Shown in pieces: positions 9,025-11,907 of a DNA stretch of 11,907 bases (position 1 is its first letter; each line of letters begins with the position of its first letter). The notes beneath the pieces were generated by a model that made no database searches, was not told the origin of the DNA, and saw nothing but the letters and a program-made list of their open reading frames with translations. Made by a program: the position numbers and the translations under genes. The stretch comes from Octopus sinensis (taxonomy: Eukaryota), in the NCBI RefSeq assembly GCF_006345805.1, contig NW_021826894.1:1-11907 (forward strand). The letters run 5' to 3'.

Positions 9025-9035
9025 CATATACATAC

Positions 9036-9110
<75 letters not shown>

Positions 9111-9125
9111 CACATATATATACAC
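9025..9125. repeat. (TA)n microsatellite
   Basis: Directly visible. Confidence 0.95.
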
Positions 9126-9304
9126 ATATCTAACGTAACATCTTTTCTTTAATGATATTATTATTTTTATTTTATTATTTTTATGTTAGTTTTTATTTTT
9201 ATCTTATCATGCCATGCGATGCAAATCCCCCTCGCTTTATGTCCGGTTTTATATTATTCCCCCTGGTCCGTCGCCCTGGTGGCAGGTAAAATATGTCATC
9301 ACGA

Positions 9305-9318
9305 TTATCATCATCATC

Positions 9319-9368
<50 letters not shown>

Positions 9369-9390
9369 CATTATTATCATTATTATTATT
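9305..9390 (-). repeat. (TAA)n/(TGA)n on the minus strand; tail or target of the adjacent LINE
   Basis: (ATC)n(ATT)n on the plus strand directly abuts the element 3' end at 9391. Confidence 0.9.
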
Positions 9391-10216
9391 GAGTGAGAGA
9401 GCAGTTCATGCCATCAAAGTGACACTGGGGTAAAGTATACGAAGCCCAGTATACCCATCATGACTACCCGTCTGATTAGGGTACACCAGGCACATGCATC
9501 ACAGTCATATGGGCGCGTCATGGTGATCCCATATCAAGATAAATAGCGGATGACCTTGCAGATGGCGCCCAGTTAGAATTTTCTTCAGGTTGAGTAGCCC
9601 ATCCCGCTCAAAAGGTCCCTGAATAAGAGTTGTTTAAGGATGTTTCCTATGGTGAATTATCCAAACCCCAAAGAATTTCCTTCAACACATGGCTATGATA
9701 CTCTACCACTACTTCTGCTCATGATCAGAGATGCACATATCGTCAGTCACTAAGGGACATATATATTTAAATGATAAACTTCTGCAAAGTTTTGCAGACT
9801 TTTACAGTTCCAGTGATAGTTTGGATCTGTAGTCTTCGAATTAGCTTTCTTCTTTCTGGTTTTGAGAATCCTAATTTCTCAAGATTAGTATTTCGGCAGT
9901 GTGTTACATATCCCAGGGCCCCAATAATTACAGGTATATACCTGAACTTGTTATCTGGATAGATTAACTGCAGATTTCTCAAAAGTTCAGCATAAGTGTT
10001 CTCTTTTTCACTGATCTTCAGCTTTATGTTAACATCCGCTGGACAGCTAATTTCCACAACTCTACACAGTTTCTCTCCTCTATCCCAAATCATTATATCG
10101 GGTCTGTTGTGCTTACTTTTCATTGAGGTCTTCACTAGGACATTCCACCAGTACTGCATATATGTATGTATGTATTTTGGGGCAGTATGGTCGATTAGTT
10201 TAGGAAGTTCGCTTGG
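9391..10216 (-). mobile_element. 5'-truncated RLE-type non-LTR retrotransposon, R4/Dong-like
   Basis: C-terminal restriction-like endonuclease (NRPDIMIWD...EISCP...KISEKENTY...PVIIGALG), stop at 9767, ~375-nt 3' UTR and a (TAA)n tail. Dong elements are known to associate with TAA repeats. The clade call is from motif style. Confidence 0.82.
9767..10216 (-). pseudogene. Restriction-like endonuclease (PD-(D/E)xK type) domain fragment
   Basis: Uninterrupted frame with RPD at 10105-10097. The first ~20 aa of track ORF 9767-10279 come from the neighbouring tandem repeat. The RT and zinc knuckle are missing. Confidence 0.85.
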
Positions 10217-10915
10217 ACAACTATAGTCATTAATACTAACTACGATACTATACATTAGATAATGTAGACCTAGGTACACTATGCCTGAATAAAAGATGGG
10301 ATGGTCACAGCTGGAACATCTTCGATCATAGGTCTGTCTGCTGGATCAAGACCGACCTGGGACTAAACAACAGCAGCTATAGCAACTGATACTTACTACT
10401 ATACTAAACATTAGATAATGTAGTCCTAGGTACACTATGCCTGAATAAAAGATGGAATGGTCACGGCTGGAACATCTTTGATCATAGGTCTGTCTGGATC
10501 AGGACCAACCTGGGGCTAAACAACCATAGCTATAGCCTCTAATACTACCTACTCTATTATACATTAGATGATATAGTCCTAGATACACTATGCCTGAATA
10601 AAAGACGCGATGGTCACGGCTGGAACATCTTTGATCATAGGTCTGTCTGGATCAGGACTGACCTGGAGTTAAACAACTATAGCCACTAATACTAACTACT
10701 ATACTGTACATTAGATAATGTAGTCCTAGATACATTATGCCTGAATAAAAGATGGGATGGTCACGGCTGGATTATCTTTGATCACAGGTCTGTCTGGACC
10801 AGGATTAGGGTTAGGGTTGCACTAAACAACAACAACAACAACAACCACAAAAACTATAGCCATTAACACCAACTATTATGCTGTACATTAGATAATGTAG
10901 TCCTAGGTACACTGT
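10217..10915. repeat. Tandem repeat with a ~150-bp unit, about 4.5 copies
   Basis: The anchor CATTAGAT occurs at 10253, 10409, 10562, 10709 and 10886 (periods 156, 153, 147, 177). Conserved core: TGCCTGAATAAAAGA...GGTCAC(A/G)GCTGGA...GATCA(T/C)AGGTCTGTCTG. Confidence 0.97.
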
Positions 10916-10992
10916 GTCCAAAATACGAAATCCGGTTTTGTAACGAGTGGAGAGTACTTGAGTCTATAGACACTAGATCATGACTGATTCCT

Positions 10993-11017
10993 GGGGGTGG
11001 GGAAACGGGGGACGGGG
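10993..11017 (+). other. G-quadruplex-forming motif
   Basis: GGGGG-T-GGGG-AAAC-GGGGG-AC-GGGG has four runs of at least 4 G with loops of 1-4 nt. Confidence 0.7.
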
Positions 11018-11029
11018 AACGATAAACAA

Positions 11030-11100
11030 CCCCACCACCACCACCACGACTACCACAACCACCACCACCACCACCACCACCACCGCCGCCACTACAACAA
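11030..11100. repeat. (ACC)n degenerate microsatellite
   Basis: Directly visible. Confidence 0.9.
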
Positions 11101-11338
11101 CGAGAACATCATCAAAAGACGAAGGACAAGATGGCCTCCATTTGAAAATTCCCGTTCTTAAATACATTTGTGTTCCATTGCCCTGTAAATACATCCATCT
11201 GTCGCGTATATCTGTTCCCTGACTGCTTAACTCATCTCACTTACCACCGACGGCTATGTTTATCACGGTCTCATCATCAAATCGCCTTCCCTGCCCACGC
11301 CGTGCCTTTCACTGTTTTTTCCCCCTTGTTCTTCGCTT

Positions 11339-11418
11339 GTATATATATATATGTATGTATATATATATATATATGTGTGTATATATATATATTATAATAT
11401 ATGTTTATATATTATATG

Positions 11419-11454
<36 letters not shown>

Positions 11455-11907
11455 TTTTGGGGGGGGTTATTTTACTCTATTTTTTTTTTTGAAATCTCTG
11501 CCATTGTCTTTTTACGTATTTATTGTTTTTGTTCATTTTTTTTTCTTTTCTGATATTTTTTTCTCTTTTATTATTTTTTTTTTTTACAAATTACAATTAT
11601 ATTTTCATACAATTTCTGTAAATCTTTCTCCTCCCCCTCTCTCCCTCTCTCAATCACTTTATCCCTCTGTCCCTTTTCCCTTTTATCATTCTTTCATTTC
11701 ATAACCTTTCTCTTCCTCTCCCCTCCCTCTACCTCCTCCCCCGGTTCCCCTTCTCTCTCTCCCCCCTCTCTGCCTGTATCTCTCTTTTATTTCCCCCTTT
11801 TCCATTCATAAACCGATTTCTACTCAGCATTCGCTTTCTTTCTTTCTCTCTCCCTCACTCTCAATTCATATCTCCTTTACACACAATGCCCCCTCTCTTT
11901 CTCCGAC
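11339..11907. repeat. (TA)n followed by a T-rich, then C/T-rich polypyrimidine low-complexity tract
   Basis: Directly visible. Confidence 0.85.

Noticed and set aside
9781-9798. TCTGCAAA-GT-TTTGCAGA hairpin
   Set aside because: 8-bp arms inside coding sequence, compatible with chance.
10217-10915. CRISPR-like array
   Set aside because: Eukaryotic context, units similar along their whole length, no unique spacers and no cas genes.
11239-11246. Consensus splice donor TG|GTAAGT on the minus strand
   Set aside because: No upstream acceptor or convincing open exon. A 6-mer is expected by chance in 12 kb.

Overview
This is eukaryotic, repeat-saturated non-genic DNA. The SINE sequences and the extreme microsatellite density resemble cephalopod (octopus-like) genomes; this is recalled, not database-checked. 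No host gene is supported, and most ORFs in the track are microsatellite read-outs. Real protein homology is limited to two 5'-truncated minus-strand non-LTR retrotransposons. The first is an L1/Tx1-clade element (~4194-6253; RT plus CCHC knuckle, multiply frameshifted) embedded in (GATA)n, with a perfect 33-bp fold-back hairpin at its 5' junction. The second is an R4/Dong-like fragment (~9391-10216; restriction-like endonuclease domain) with a (TAA)n tail. The window also holds two oppositely oriented copies of a tRNA-derived SINE, a probable fragment of a second SINE inside (TA)n, a ~150-bp tandem repeat of about 4.5 units (one unit carries TTAGGG x2), a 36-bp palindrome, a spaced direct repeat, two G-quadruplex motifs and large compound microsatellite fields.
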